Assembly (NCBI GenBank): GCA_002269645.1
Contig: NIVC01000048.1
Coordinates: forward strand, 138,566 to 202,565
From: Macrostomum lignano
Lineage: Eukaryota
DNA: 64,000 bases
Reading direction: 5' to 3'
This document shows positions 1 through 11,191 of the stretch, in pieces; the first letter of the stretch is position 1, and every line of letters begins with the position of its first letter. The position numbers and the translations under genes are program-made. Under the pieces are notes generated by a model. The model saw only the letters and a program-made list of their open reading frames with translations, did not search any database and was not told where the DNA came from.

Positions 1-480
1 AACACAAAAATTTCCATTTACTAACCGATAATATTTGCTTTTTCCTGACCAATCGTGGGCTAGCTTTTGCGAAAATTTTTCATTGGTTTAAAAATTTTAA
101 TCCCCAGAGGTGAATGTCAAACCATGTTGACTGTGTCTTGGCCCTGGCAACCACGTGCAGCTAGTGCTGCGCAGGGATGTCCGTTGGTGCCGGTGTCCAG
201 GAGGTGAATGGCTGCGCGCCCGGTAGCACTAAGGTATCGCAGACGAGCTGGCACAACTTCTCGGGCCTGAAAACGTCAAAAAAGGTCTGGGTTCGGGCCA
301 GAGGCAGGTGAGCTTGTCCTGAGTAAAGGCGGAACATTCAGAGATGAAGTCAACACCGGAAAAATGCAGAATGGGCATCCTTCACTGCAGATTTTCCCAT
401 GGAGGCGTGACCTGAGACCTGAGAGGACCATTGCTACAGGGCCTTGATGTCCCTGCTGTTGAGTCCAAGCAGGGCCCTGT
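1..480. repeat. Paralog of the lectin-gene upstream region (copy of ~9310-9830); implies another lectin copy just left of the window
   Basis: Colinear matches such as accatgttgactgtg.cttggccctggcaaccacgtgca, gaaaacgtcaaa and gcagaatgggcatcc..cactgcagattttcccatggagg occur at both 120-410 and 9428-9725; also partly matches 24920-25020. Confidence 0.85.
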
Positions 481-529
481 GAAAAACGAGAGATCGAGGG
501 TCAGGGACGACCCAAAGAGGCACTGCTGT

Positions 530-1340
530 TGTAACATAATCACGAAAGACATTTTCGTGATTATCCATATCAAAATCCTAATGGTTCGTCATCTTGATGT
601 GTTCCTTATTACCCGACTTTCGATAATCAAGGAACAATCACTTCTAGCTCAACAGCTAGGCAACCCAGTTAGTCAAACGAAGGTATTTAATTACCTTTAA
701 TCCGGATTTGAATTTCTTGAGTAGTTCTCGCTAGGAACTCGTCAGTAGATCTCGTGTAGATCTAGTCACTGTCTTGGATCCGCTTCTCTGGTCCTGATTC
801 TTCTTTTGCTTCCAACGAAATTACTTCCGGCCGGTATCTGCAGTCAGGACAAATCAGAGGCCTCGTATCAACAATGGGTACCCTGCGCCGAACAGCGGTT
901 TGAATTAAGCCTCCTTCTTCTAGTAGTGCCTTTATGCACTCTAGGTATGGCTCCGGAAACCACTGATAGTCCTCTAAGATCTATCAGGGGCAGTCCTTCT
1001 GGAGACTGCAACCAGTAGAGTCTAAACAGACTCAAGAGTCTCAACAGACTCAAATGAACTCAAGTCTCAATAGACTTGAGTGAGACGTCTCTAACACAAC
1101 GGGCGCAAATAAAGAAGGCTTACCGCAACAACTCGACCGAGTCTCGATTGACTTGGTTGATCAGGAAGTCCTCCTAAGGCTTCCTCTTCGGAGCGCTCCT
1201 CTTCCGTGGGGAGTATGACTCCGGTACCGCTTCAGATCGCTTGTATTTATAGGCAACTTTTTGCTCCAAAATAGTATCATGACAATTCACGTGTTGCGCT
1301 AAAAGGGGAAAATGGCTCATGGCGTATCATTTTGGTAACA
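530..1340 (-). mobile_element. LTR-like insert (TGT...ACA termini) with TATA box and splice donor on the minus strand
   Basis: Begins tgtaac (530) and ends gtaaca (1340); TATAAATA on minus at 1244-1251; GTAAGC donor at 1123; absent from the paralogous 9830-10300 interval; no TSD found. Confidence 0.35.
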
Positions 1341-1749
1341 TCTTTTCCTGGTAGCGTGATTCATTCAAAGCTTAGGCGCACATGCGTGTACTTACTTACT
1401 TATAGTAGCATTATACGATTATCTTCTTTTTACCTTTTTTAACGGGAGGTAGAACACTCTACAATCTGAGAGGGTCAATGAAATGGCACTCATTTTGGCG
1501 CCAAAGGCACAAAATTCCGTGATCCTCCTTAAGTCAAGCATGCAGTGAATTCCCCTGCCAACACCCACAAGTTTTATCTGACGCTCTTGACCGAACGAAC
1601 TCAGAGAAAAATGCCATCGTTGAACTGTATCATTTGGCTTTCAAGGGAGTTTTAATTGGAGAGGGTGTCTTGGTGGGCGCCCCTGTCTCAATTTATGGGC
1701 GCCGTTGTTCCAATTCCCTCCGTAAGCCTTGACATCTCAGCAATTCGAT

Positions 1750-2067
1750 CCCCCGAGCAAGCATTCCCCAGATAGCAAGCATTCCCCAGATAGCAAGCAT
1801 TCCCCAGATAGCAAGCATTCCCCAGATAGCAAGCATTCCCCAGATAGCAAGCATTCCCCAGATAGCAAGCATTCCCCAGATAGCAAGCATTCCCCAGATA
1901 GCAAGCATTCCCCAGATAGCAAGCATTCCCCAGATAGCAAGCATTCCCCAGATAGCAAGCATTCCCCAGATAGCAAGCATTCCCCAGATAGCAAGCATTC
2001 CCCAGATAGAAAACATTCCCCAGATAGCAAGCATTCCCCAGATAGCAAGCATTCCCCAGATAGCAAG
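1750..2067. repeat. 18-bp minisatellite (gatagcaagcattcccca)n
   Basis: About 17 near-perfect tandem units; explains the repetitive ORFs at 1688-2262. Confidence 0.97.
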
Positions 2068-3012
2068 TGTGGTATCTGGCCTGTTGAGTGCTCTTGCACT
2101 TTTTAAGTTGTTTTGCGTGCGCCCTAGGCGGCCATACCCAGACCAGTTCTGGCTGGTTGGGGGGAGGGGGGGGGCGCTCGGCCCAGCTTGATTCTTTCCC
2201 GGCGGCGGCCACTGATTGGCTGGGCTTGTGTTTTTGTGTTTTTCTTTTTGGCCCCCAGTCAATCAGATCTGCTCGGTGGGCACGCTGATTGGCTGAGGGG
2301 TCGTCTCTTTTGTTTGGCGTCTCTCTCTCGCGCTGTCTGCCCCTCTACCCTGTTAAGTGGTATATAGTGCTCAAGCCTGGCCCAGCCAGCTCCCCGCTCT
2401 CCGTTCCGCGCCCCGTGCCTAACTCTTCAAACTAACCTAGCGATATTCAAACGAGCCGTAAAGACGGTCTCTTACTGCGAAGAATCTTAATTTTGCATGC
2501 GATACTCAAGCGAGCCGTGTCTATACGGTCTCTTACTGCGAGGACTTAATTGATTGGAAGCAAATAAAGCGGTCAAGTGGTGGCGATATTCGAACGAGCT
2601 CCACAGTTTCTGGCACCGGTAAGACCCCCGAGTTCAGTCGCTTCTTTAGCTTTTCCGAGGCCTTGCCGTAGCAGTGGTTCCATAGCTAGAGCATCATCAC
2701 ACCTGCGACTGTGATCACTGCAGCACAGCAGCGTTGTATATTGTGTATTATTGTAGTACTGTACCGGTTACTTTATATAGTGTGTACAACCTACAGTATC
2801 GAAAATAGAAGCACTCGAGAGTGTCACCACACCTCGAGCCGCATCGTGAACTCTGAGTGTCACAACACCAGAGGGATCGAACTATTATCGCAGAGCGTCG
2901 TCACGCCTGCTCGTATCTATAAAAGTACAGACAGAGCGTCACTACGCCTGTTATATTACATATAATATATTGTACTCGAGACTGGGCACCCAAACCGACC
3001 CGGGTCACGACA
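2068..3012 (+). mobile_element. Solo LTR (Ty3/Gypsy-like) inserted into the 18-bp minisatellite
   Basis: TGTGG...CGACA termini; exact 4-bp TSD caag at 2064-2067 and 3013-3016; two CCAAT boxes (gattggc), tatatag at ~2360, aataaa at ~2563; the paralogous array at 10340-10992 is uninterrupted. Confidence 0.75.
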
Positions 3013-3029
3013 CAAGCATAGCATAGCAT

Positions 3030-3362
3030 AGCAAGCAAGCATTGATAGCAAGCATTCCCCAGATAGCAAGTATCTCCCCGATAGCAAGCATCCCTAGATA
3101 GCAAGAACCGATCCCCCTCCCAGATAGCAAGCATTCCCCAGATAGCAAGCATCCCTAGATAGCAAGAACCGACCCCCAAAAAAAGCAAGCATCCCCAGAT
3201 AGCAAGCACCCCATAGATAGCAAGCACCCCTCCACAAAAAAGCAAACATTCCCCATATAGCAAGCATTCCCCATATAGCAAGCATTCCCCAGATAGCAAG
3301 TATCTCCCCAGATAGCAAGCATCCCTGGATAGCAAGAACCGACCCCCCTCCCAGATAGCAAT
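3030..3362. repeat. Degenerate continuation of the gatagcaagc minisatellite
   Basis: 18-23 bp units built on gatagcaagcat(t)cccc. Confidence 0.9.
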
Positions 3363-4329
3363 CTAGTAGTAGTCTCTTAGTCATCGAATGTAATAATTTT
3401 ATCATCTATGTGCGATAATCCTTTTGTCATCTAGTGCAGTAATGGTTTTCTCATGTATTGCATTAATCACTTTTTCAGCCAGTGCAATAATCCATGTCTT
3501 AGCTAGAGATAAATAATTTAACTTTTAGTATGGCATTGTATGCATTACTATTTTACTATTAGTAAAAATGAACTACAACTATTCGATCTTGTGCTCCTGG
3601 TTTTCATAAAAATCATTGGAAATCTATAATCCTACTTAGCAGTCTGTACAGCAACTTTTTAATTTTTTATATACAGTGCAATGAATGTTGGTATATTTAT
3701 TATGCACTACTCAAAATAGTACAGAGTAGCGCATGAGAAAATACAAAAATCGCAAGTCCACAGCCGGTACGTCTAGCCTAGCGGGGGCCCACGGTGGATC
3801 CACTTGGCTAGCCAGGGATGTCAAGTTGCAGGGCCAGCCGTGCATTGAGTCCGACACACAAACTCAGGTCAGGACTGGGGTCTGAGGACCTGTCGACAGT
3901 GGCGTCTCAGTGGCCATCGACATGACAGCTTCATGACATCGATATGGACGTTGGCCAGGGCCTGCGGCTACATCTGTGAAGAACGCGGTTGCGACGCCCA
4001 AGACCCGAAAAGAAGAACTGCAGCATGAGGACCGAAAAAACAATAACGGGACAGGTAGTCCATTTTAAGAAATCAAACAAAAAATATAGCCTGCTTATTA
4101 TCCTGTTTTCAATACATATTAAAAACGAAACCTCTGTCTGTGTGTCTGGCTGTACATGGATTGCTATGGACTCCCAAACCGCACAATCAAATGACACCAA
4201 ATTTTGCACCCATCGTAAACTCATTACAGAGAAGGCTTTAGGTTACCTTGGAATCTCCTAATTTTAACTCTTCCTACTTAAAAGTGCAAAAGACTGCTAG
4301 CAAAACACGATTTTTTTAACTCAATCCTC

Positions 4330-5050
4330 CATAGCGTTGATCCACTTGCCCTTCACAGAAGCAGTATTCAACGAGGCATTGCTGCGCATTGAGGACAAAT
4401 TTTAGAACTGACAGATCGTCCCTTAAACGTTTTTGGACTTCCAGCACCTGGAAAAACATCAACAAGAGAATTTGAGTAGGAAGATGCTGCGAGAAACTAG
4501 CTTTGACCGCGAGCAGCTTCGTCAGTTCATTGAGGAAAATGAGCCCCGTCTACTACCTGAGCAGGCAGAGGCGTACCAAGAAGTACTGCAAAAAGTGAAT
4601 AACAATGTAGAAGGAATACTTTTCCTGGATGCTCCAGGGGCGACAGAAGAAACTCTTCTGATTAACCTCCTTCTGTCAAAGGTTAGACACGGAGGCGATA
4701 TTGCAGTTGCTGTCGCTTCCTCTGGAATCGCAGCCATGCTACTTCAAGGTGGTTGCACTGCTCACTCAGAACTAAAATTGCCACTTGATCTGTCAAGACC
4801 TGACGCTAAAGGAACTGCGCAGCAACAACCAGCTCATGGATGGTGTCACCCTGCTGCTCTATGGAGACTTTAGACAGACGTTGCTTGTAATTCCGCGCGG
4901 CACCCCAGCCCAAGATGAGATCAATGATTGCCTCAAATCTTCTCATCTGTGGCCATCAGTTGAAAAGCTGCACTTGCGAACCAACGTCAAGGCTGCAGTT
5001 TATGGCGATGAAACGGCTCATCAATTTTCTATTAATCTCTTGGAGGTCTG
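4330..5050 (+). mobile_element. Helitron PIF1-family helicase relic (N-terminal/middle part, frameshifted)
   Basis: ORFs 4433-4873 and 4785-5069 give FLDAPG(A)T, VAVASSGIAA.LL.GG.TAHS.LKLPL, LYGDFRQTL.VIPRGT and CLKSSHLW, typical Helitron helicase motifs with a degenerate Walker A. Confidence 0.9.
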
Positions 5051-8000
5051 TCCTGTTGTGAATTTGTAACTCAATGTACTTGCCCATACGGTAGCTCTCT
5101 CTCCCTCTGCCCACCCTCCCCGCCCTTCAATGCTAACAACTTATTGTGAGCTATTTTCATAAAGTACTTAATTAATTTTGGGTGCCACTGCACTAGACCT
5201 AATCAATTGATGAATTATTATTGTAGTTGTTTAGCCTTTGTCTGCGATTTTCTCACCCCTGATTATTATTATCCCTCCCTTTCCGTGCCCTCTCATTGGC
5301 TGTCACTGTTATCTGCAATTCTTGTTTTCTACCCCTAGTCGCGTTCTGTGTGGCTGCAGCCAATCCCCGCTCGATCTCTCTGCCCACCCCGCCTTTTCTC
5401 TTACCCTGCAGCTTTTGCCCCACCCCATGTTGTACTGACATATTTATTGGTGTGCGCTCCTGTCCCCTCCCCCTCGCTGACCTTTTGATCGTTTCTCCTC
5501 TGGCTCCTTCGCCGCTCCGACCATAACCAATAAAAACAATATACAATCGTGCTAGCAATCGTATACAAACATAGACGCTTTGAGCACCGAGTGAGCAACC
5601 TACGCCCCAGTAAGTATCGTTTTGCTTTTGTTATTTGGGCTCTAGTACCATTAGGTCATCGTCACCAGGGCCTGGGCGTTCGCTGCCACCCTGGTTGCCG
5701 GCCTTCTGCCCGCCCGTTTGTGCGACAGTGGGTTGGCAAGCAGCAGGACTGGGGCTGAGTCTCCCTGCTCGTACAGAGCGCGAGACGAAGCTGGCTGGTC
5801 CGTCTCGGGATATCTTCTGTGCAGGAGCTCTCAGAGTACAGAGTAGCGCATGGGAAAACACAAAAAATCGCAAGTCCACAGCCAGACCGGAAACAGGTGG
5901 CCGGAATCAACTTGGGGTCATCCCGTTTCTCTCACATGGCCAACTTTATGTTGCATGCTCACGCGTTGAAATCTACAGCTAGCCTCTTCCTCTGCTCCCC
6001 GGGGGGGGGGGAATTTGGTGTATCTTCAAGCACTGCGATAAGCATCTGTGAAAGTCATTACAACTGGACTACATTCACAGACTGCATGGACTATAATATA
6101 GAAATTTTTCTAAGTCCAAGTTTTTTACGAGCTACATTTATCAGAAATACGAAGTTCCCTACTTTAATACGAGTAAATTTCTTGGTTACTAAGTTTTCAA
6201 ACGTTCTTGACACAAGGGACCAACCCCAGAGCACGAAACTCAAAGACATTGGTTGAACTATTTGTTGCGAACCTTCTGAAGCAAGCATCAAGTAACCTTC
6301 CCTCCAGACCAGAATAGAAATTTGGCTTTGATTTGCTAAGAAATTGGCAACTTCAATACTAAATATCATTTTATCACTCCTCACACATGTTCCCTATCCA
6401 ATTTTGCATTGTCTAGCATATTTACTCTGCTTAGCTTCTCTATAGTACTTAGACACTATTGTTAATTTTTCCGATTTCTCGATGTTGGAGTCTCATATTC
6501 TATTCTACGAGCTATTCTAGAAGTATACTTTTTAAAGCGAGTTTTCTCCAAGTTTTGTTTAAGTCTATTAACAAGTTCTTGTTTGAGTATGATTTTAGAT
6601 TCGAGAATGTATGCAAAAATAGTTCCGGGGATCGGAATTCTGCGGGTTTCAACGGCTTATAGACTTATAATGAAGAAAAGCCAAGGGAGGCAAGAGAGGC
6701 AAGGCTGGAGAAAACTTAAGCATGCACAAATAATGAGGCAGCCAAGACAATGGAATCCAGCAAACATGTAGGGACCTCCAGTGGAATGCAGCAACGTAGG
6801 AAAAATTTACAGTAGCCATTAACCATTTCAAAGTTAATTGAAGCTCACCGGCGAGGCGGCTGACAGGGGAAGGTGGCTGCAGCCGGAGAATATTTGATGA
6901 GCCCAGCACAGGGGCCACTCTTGTGGAGGAGACCGACGGCCAACCCCGAGGAACGTAGCAACCGAGGGATGGACGCGCGGACAAGAGGGCAGTGAAAGAC
7001 TTCCCCCAAATACTCTAACTCAACCAGAGTAAATTGATGAGTCTAACCGCCTCACCCTCGCCCCCTCCCCGTAGCAACTCGCGTGTTAAATGCTAATCCT
7101 ATTGCAAGCGCTGTTTGTGAAAAACTTGCCGTCGCTAACCACGCGACATCCAACTCAAACCATCAACGGCAGGGGATGAAATTGGGGGTATTTTTGAGAA
7201 TAGACGGGAGCTCAGCCCTAGGGGCACTTCTTTCTTCCTCGCTTTTAAGGAGCTTAATTCACAAACTGAAGTCCCATGCTCTATTTGAGTTAACGACAAA
7301 GATGAGACAAGGAATTGAGAATATAAAAAACCGCCATCTCGGTTGTAAGCTCTCAAGAACACAGCAGAATCCACTAGAACTAGAAGATGGCATAACATTA
7401 GAAAAATAGAGTCTTGCATGAGCGATTCCCCCTATGAGTCCATTTCAGTAATTACCCATGAGCCTTGAATCTCAACAATTACCCATTATAAGCCTCATAA
7501 ATTCCCGCCCGAGCCTTGACAGCAAAACAATTTACCCTGTGAGTCTCATGACATCTTAGCAATTTACAATGAGTCATTTATGTTGGACAGGGTGAAGTCA
7601 AGTCTCAGTTGCAATGCAGTCTTGTTCGAATGTAATTTGTTGTTCGAATCGTTAATTTTTCGATAATTAAAATTAGATGCACTCATACATTCATTTGAGC
7701 AATCTTTGACCCGCGAAGCCACTTGGTGGGGTAATGCGAACCGGCCTTACACGGATAGCTTCTCAGAAATGATCCATCATCGAGTACACAGTGTTGCTTG
7801 GCGTTGTATAAAAACTCCAAACTACGAAAGAATGATTACAAGTAGCTTTTGATGCAAACTGTTTGTGCATCAGACTATTACTGAGCTGAGGTCAACTATA
7901 TTTAAGAAGATCAAACAGATTTTAAATTAAAACTGACTGCAGTTTCGTTTATGGCAGAGATTTGTTTAAAAATTGAAGTAGAAGCTTGTCTCATGAACAA

Positions 8001-8483
8001 GCTGCAGCATCAAGTTAATAGCTGGATTTTTAATTGTGGCTTCACGCTCGACAAGTGCCGAAGAAAACTGTATTGAATGCACGGTACTAGGGATTTGTGC
8101 TTTTAAAAAAGTAAATGTATGTATGAGCAAGGTAGTAGTATCTAGTGCGTCGTAATAAAATTCGTTAATAACTATAAAAAATTGATTTGATAAAACCAAC
8201 AGACAGAGATCCACAGACACTACAATGGAGCCCTTTTAAACATCTGCCTTCCGGCAGCTATTGATTATTATTCGGCCCTTATATTAGAGTATTTTGAATA
8301 CATTGCGTAAGGTTTGTTAATAATTTAACAAAAATCTGTGCACTGTAAGCAGACGGGATGTTTGAATTATGACATGCGGTTATATAAAAAATTTGGACGC
8401 TTACACACAGTTGTGACGAGCACTTTTGATTAAATCTGTCCATCCGGTTCCTCTTACTTGGCGGTGCCTGCAGTGTCTCAGAA

Positions 8484-9227
8484 TCAGTTAAAAGGCGACA
8501 GGCACTCGCACAGAACATTCGGAACAGCACCGTATGTGTCGCTACTATCCGTGAGACCCATTTTATTGACTTGTCTCGCGATTACATTTTCTCCGCCACC
8601 GTTGTTATTCGGCTGGTCAGTGGCCCAAAAAGCGGGATCAACGTTGATGTTGCAGCCGACCCAGTACCAGCCGCCCAGAGGCTCCGCACTACCTTCTGGC
8701 TGAAGTCCTCCGAGCCAGAAGTTCGAATTACTACCATTGGTGAAGATCCAGTCCACGTGGCTCATCTCTTGCTCGCTGGTCACGTCGGCCATGATGACCA
8801 GACCGCTCTCTGACTCGCACTTCTGCCTGCTCGGCAACCACGTCCCGATGCCAGAGTACAGCCTGTACTTCACTCCGCACAGGTCCATGCCGTAGCCAGA
8901 CGGACACAGCGCGCCCGCCTCGAGTCCCGGCCGCTGCTTGACGAACACCCGGCCTCTCCTGGAGCAGCCGCAGCTCCTCACCGACTTGCTGCACTTGTCG
9001 AACACGAACAGCTGGCACGGATCCTTGGGCAGGGTAAACGCCTGACAGCGCTGGTTTTGGGCGCACAGAGCGGCGCACCCGACTTTGTTGAGTGCGCTTG
9101 AGTAGGTCTCAACAAACTCATCGTTGATGCAGAGGCTGCCGTCAATGAGGCTGTACACCTGTTCGCTGGCTGTGGCGAGGCCGAGTACAAGACTCATCCA
9201 GGCCACAATATTCGATACGCTGGTCAT
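8484..9227 (-). CDS. Secreted PAN/Apple-domain + C-type lectin-domain protein, copy 1 (247 aa, coding region intronless)
   Basis: Likely start MTSVSNIVAWMSLVLGLATA (signal peptide); C..LC.....C.AF PAN-type cysteine pattern; CTLD motifs FWLGG, WYW, FWATDQPNN; GC3-rich codons; same length as the paralog at 23902-24645. Confidence 0.85.
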   Translation of the reverse strand: MTSVSNIVAWMSLVLGLATASEQVYSLIDGSLCINDEFVETYSSALNKVGCAALCAQNQRCQAFTLPKDPCQLFVFDKCSKSVRSCGCSRRGRVFVKQRPGLEAGALCPSGYGMDLCGVKYRLYSGIGTWLPSRQKCESESGLVIMADVTSEQEMSHVDWIFTNGSNSNFWLGGLQPEGSAEPLGGWYWVGCNINVDPAFWATDQPNNNGGGENVIARQVNKMGLTDSSDTYGAVPNVLCECLSPFN

Positions 9228-10339
9228 TTTTGCTCGTAGCGTCGGTAAGGCTGCTGGGTTTTTTAATTTGTCAGAGTAATACAAATAAACCATGTAAATT
9301 GCTTTTAGCAGTAAAATTTCCAACAACTAGCCGATTATATTTGCTTTTTTCTGACCAATCATGTGCTAGCTTTCTTGGGAAATTTTTCATTGGTGGAAGT
9401 GAAAAAGAAAATGAGGTGAGTGTCACACCATGTTGACTGTGCCTTGGCCCTGGCAACCACGTGCACCGATGCCGCGCAGGGGGATCCGGTGGTGCCGGTG
9501 TCCGCAGCGGTGTGCCTCTCTGGAGAGTCCTGCAGGTGAATGGTCGCTCGCCCGGTAGCCCTAAGGTATCGAGGCCGAGCTGGCAGATATTTTCGGGTCT
9601 GAAAACGTCAAAGAACGTCCGGGTTTGTGCCCGAGGTAGGCGGGGCATTCACAGATGAAGTGCTGCACATTCTTGACACCGGAGATGCAGAATGGGCATC
9701 CTCACTGCAGATTTTCCCATGGAGGTAGCGTTTTTTAGCAAAGCACCCATGACCTGATAGGGCCATTGCTACCGGGCCTTGGTGTCCCTGCCGTTGAGTC
9801 CTAGCAGGGTCCTACGGAACGGGAGAGGGACAGGGGATTGCAACAAAGACTCCCCCAGTGGGAGCCAGAGAAAGAAATATTTTAGCTCCAGAGTGCCCCA
9901 GACGAGACCTTACCAAACGAAAATTAAATTCTTTTCTGGGTTCTTTTGACCACTTTGACCTCCCCGATATGGGTCCCCCATTTCAGTTGAGCCTTGACAT
10001 CTTAGCAATTCCCCCAGCCTTAACATCTCATGTTATATGTGCGCTATATGAACTATTGCGTATAAGACGCACGTTAAATTTCATCAATTCATTATGTGCT
10101 AGAATTGAGAGCTCTTAATGAGCCGCCACTAAAAGAAAGAGAAAGAACAAGCCACTGCTGCAGGATAAAAAAGAAAGTACGTTGGTAACTCGCTACAATT
10201 AAACAATCACATACTTCGACTTTAATGTCGTTAATCTAGAAGAGTCCATCGAAACGGAAATAATAGTCATAGAAGATGCAGAAGACATAACATCTCAAGA
10301 ATTCCCTCAGAGATATTTGAAATCTCAGCAATTCGATCC

Positions 10340-10992
10340 CCCAATAGCAAGCATCCCCCAGATAGCAAGCATCCCCAGATAGCAAGCACCCCCAGATAGC
10401 AAGCATACACCAGATAGCAAGTACCCACCAGACAGCAAGCACCCCACCCCAGATAGCAAGCACCCCACCCCAGATAGCAAGCACCCCACCCCAGATAGCA
10501 AGCACCCCTAGATAGTAAACACCCTCCAGATAGCAAGCACCCCACCCCAGATAGCAAGCACCCCACCCCAGATAGCAAGCACCCCACCCCAGATAGCAAG
10601 CACCCCCTAGATAGTAAACACCCTCCAGATAGCAAGCACCCCACCCCAGATAGCAAGCACCCCACCCCAGATAGCAAGCACCCCACCCCAGATAGCAAGC
10701 ACCCCACCCCAGATAGCAAGCACCCCACCCCAGATAGCAAGCACCCCACCCCAGATAGCAAGCACCCCACCCCAGATAGCAAGCACCCCACCCCAGATAG
10801 CAAGCACCCCACCCCAGATAGCAAGCACCCCACCCCAGATAGCAAGCACCCCACCCCAGATAGCAAGCACCCCACCCCAGATAGCAAGCACCCCACCCCA
10901 GATAGCAAGCACCCCACCCCAGATAGCAAGCACCCCACCCCAGATAGCAAGCACCCCCTAGATAGTAAACACCCTCCAGATAGCAAGCACCC
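10340..10992. repeat. 21-bp minisatellite (gatagcaagcaccccacccca)n, paralog of the 18-bp array
   Basis: Tandem units; same left anchor tctcagcaattcgatccccc as at ~1735. Confidence 0.95.
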
Positions 10993-11191
10993 TAGCACCT
11001 AAGCGTTGCTTGTGCAATAATCCTTTTCTTAGCTAATGATAAAGAATTTAACTTATTTTATTTTATGACATTTTATGCTTTACTATTTTAATATTCGTAA
11101 AAATACGTTATAACAATAAGATATTTTGCTCCTGATTTTCCTAAAAGTCATTTTTTGCCTATCTATAATCCTACTTAGCGATCGGAATAAT

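Noticed and set aside
1688-2262. Repetitive ORFs (CYLGNA, AIWGML, SKHSPD) and similar ones at 10236-10998, 22969-23610, 32583-33881, 35574-36574, 38317-38934, 39156-40121, 61705-62258, 62596-63175
   Set aside because: They are translations of tandem repeats or microsatellites, open in several frames, without coding bias or splice context
3718-5885. ~47-bp direct repeat (acagagtagcgcatg.gaaaa.acaaaaa.tcgcaagtccacagcc) at ~3718 and ~5838
   Set aside because: Real but short; probably a rearrangement scar inside the Helitron-derived region, with no function inferable
5819-6384. ORFs 5819-6256 and 6091-6384 as transposase or Penelope fragments
   Set aside because: No recognisable motif
8484-9326. 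ORF-finder starts at 9326 and 24693 for the lectins
   Set aside because: The upstream extensions are not conserved between paralogs and cross the acceptor; the ATGs at 9227 and 24645 give signal peptides and equal lengths
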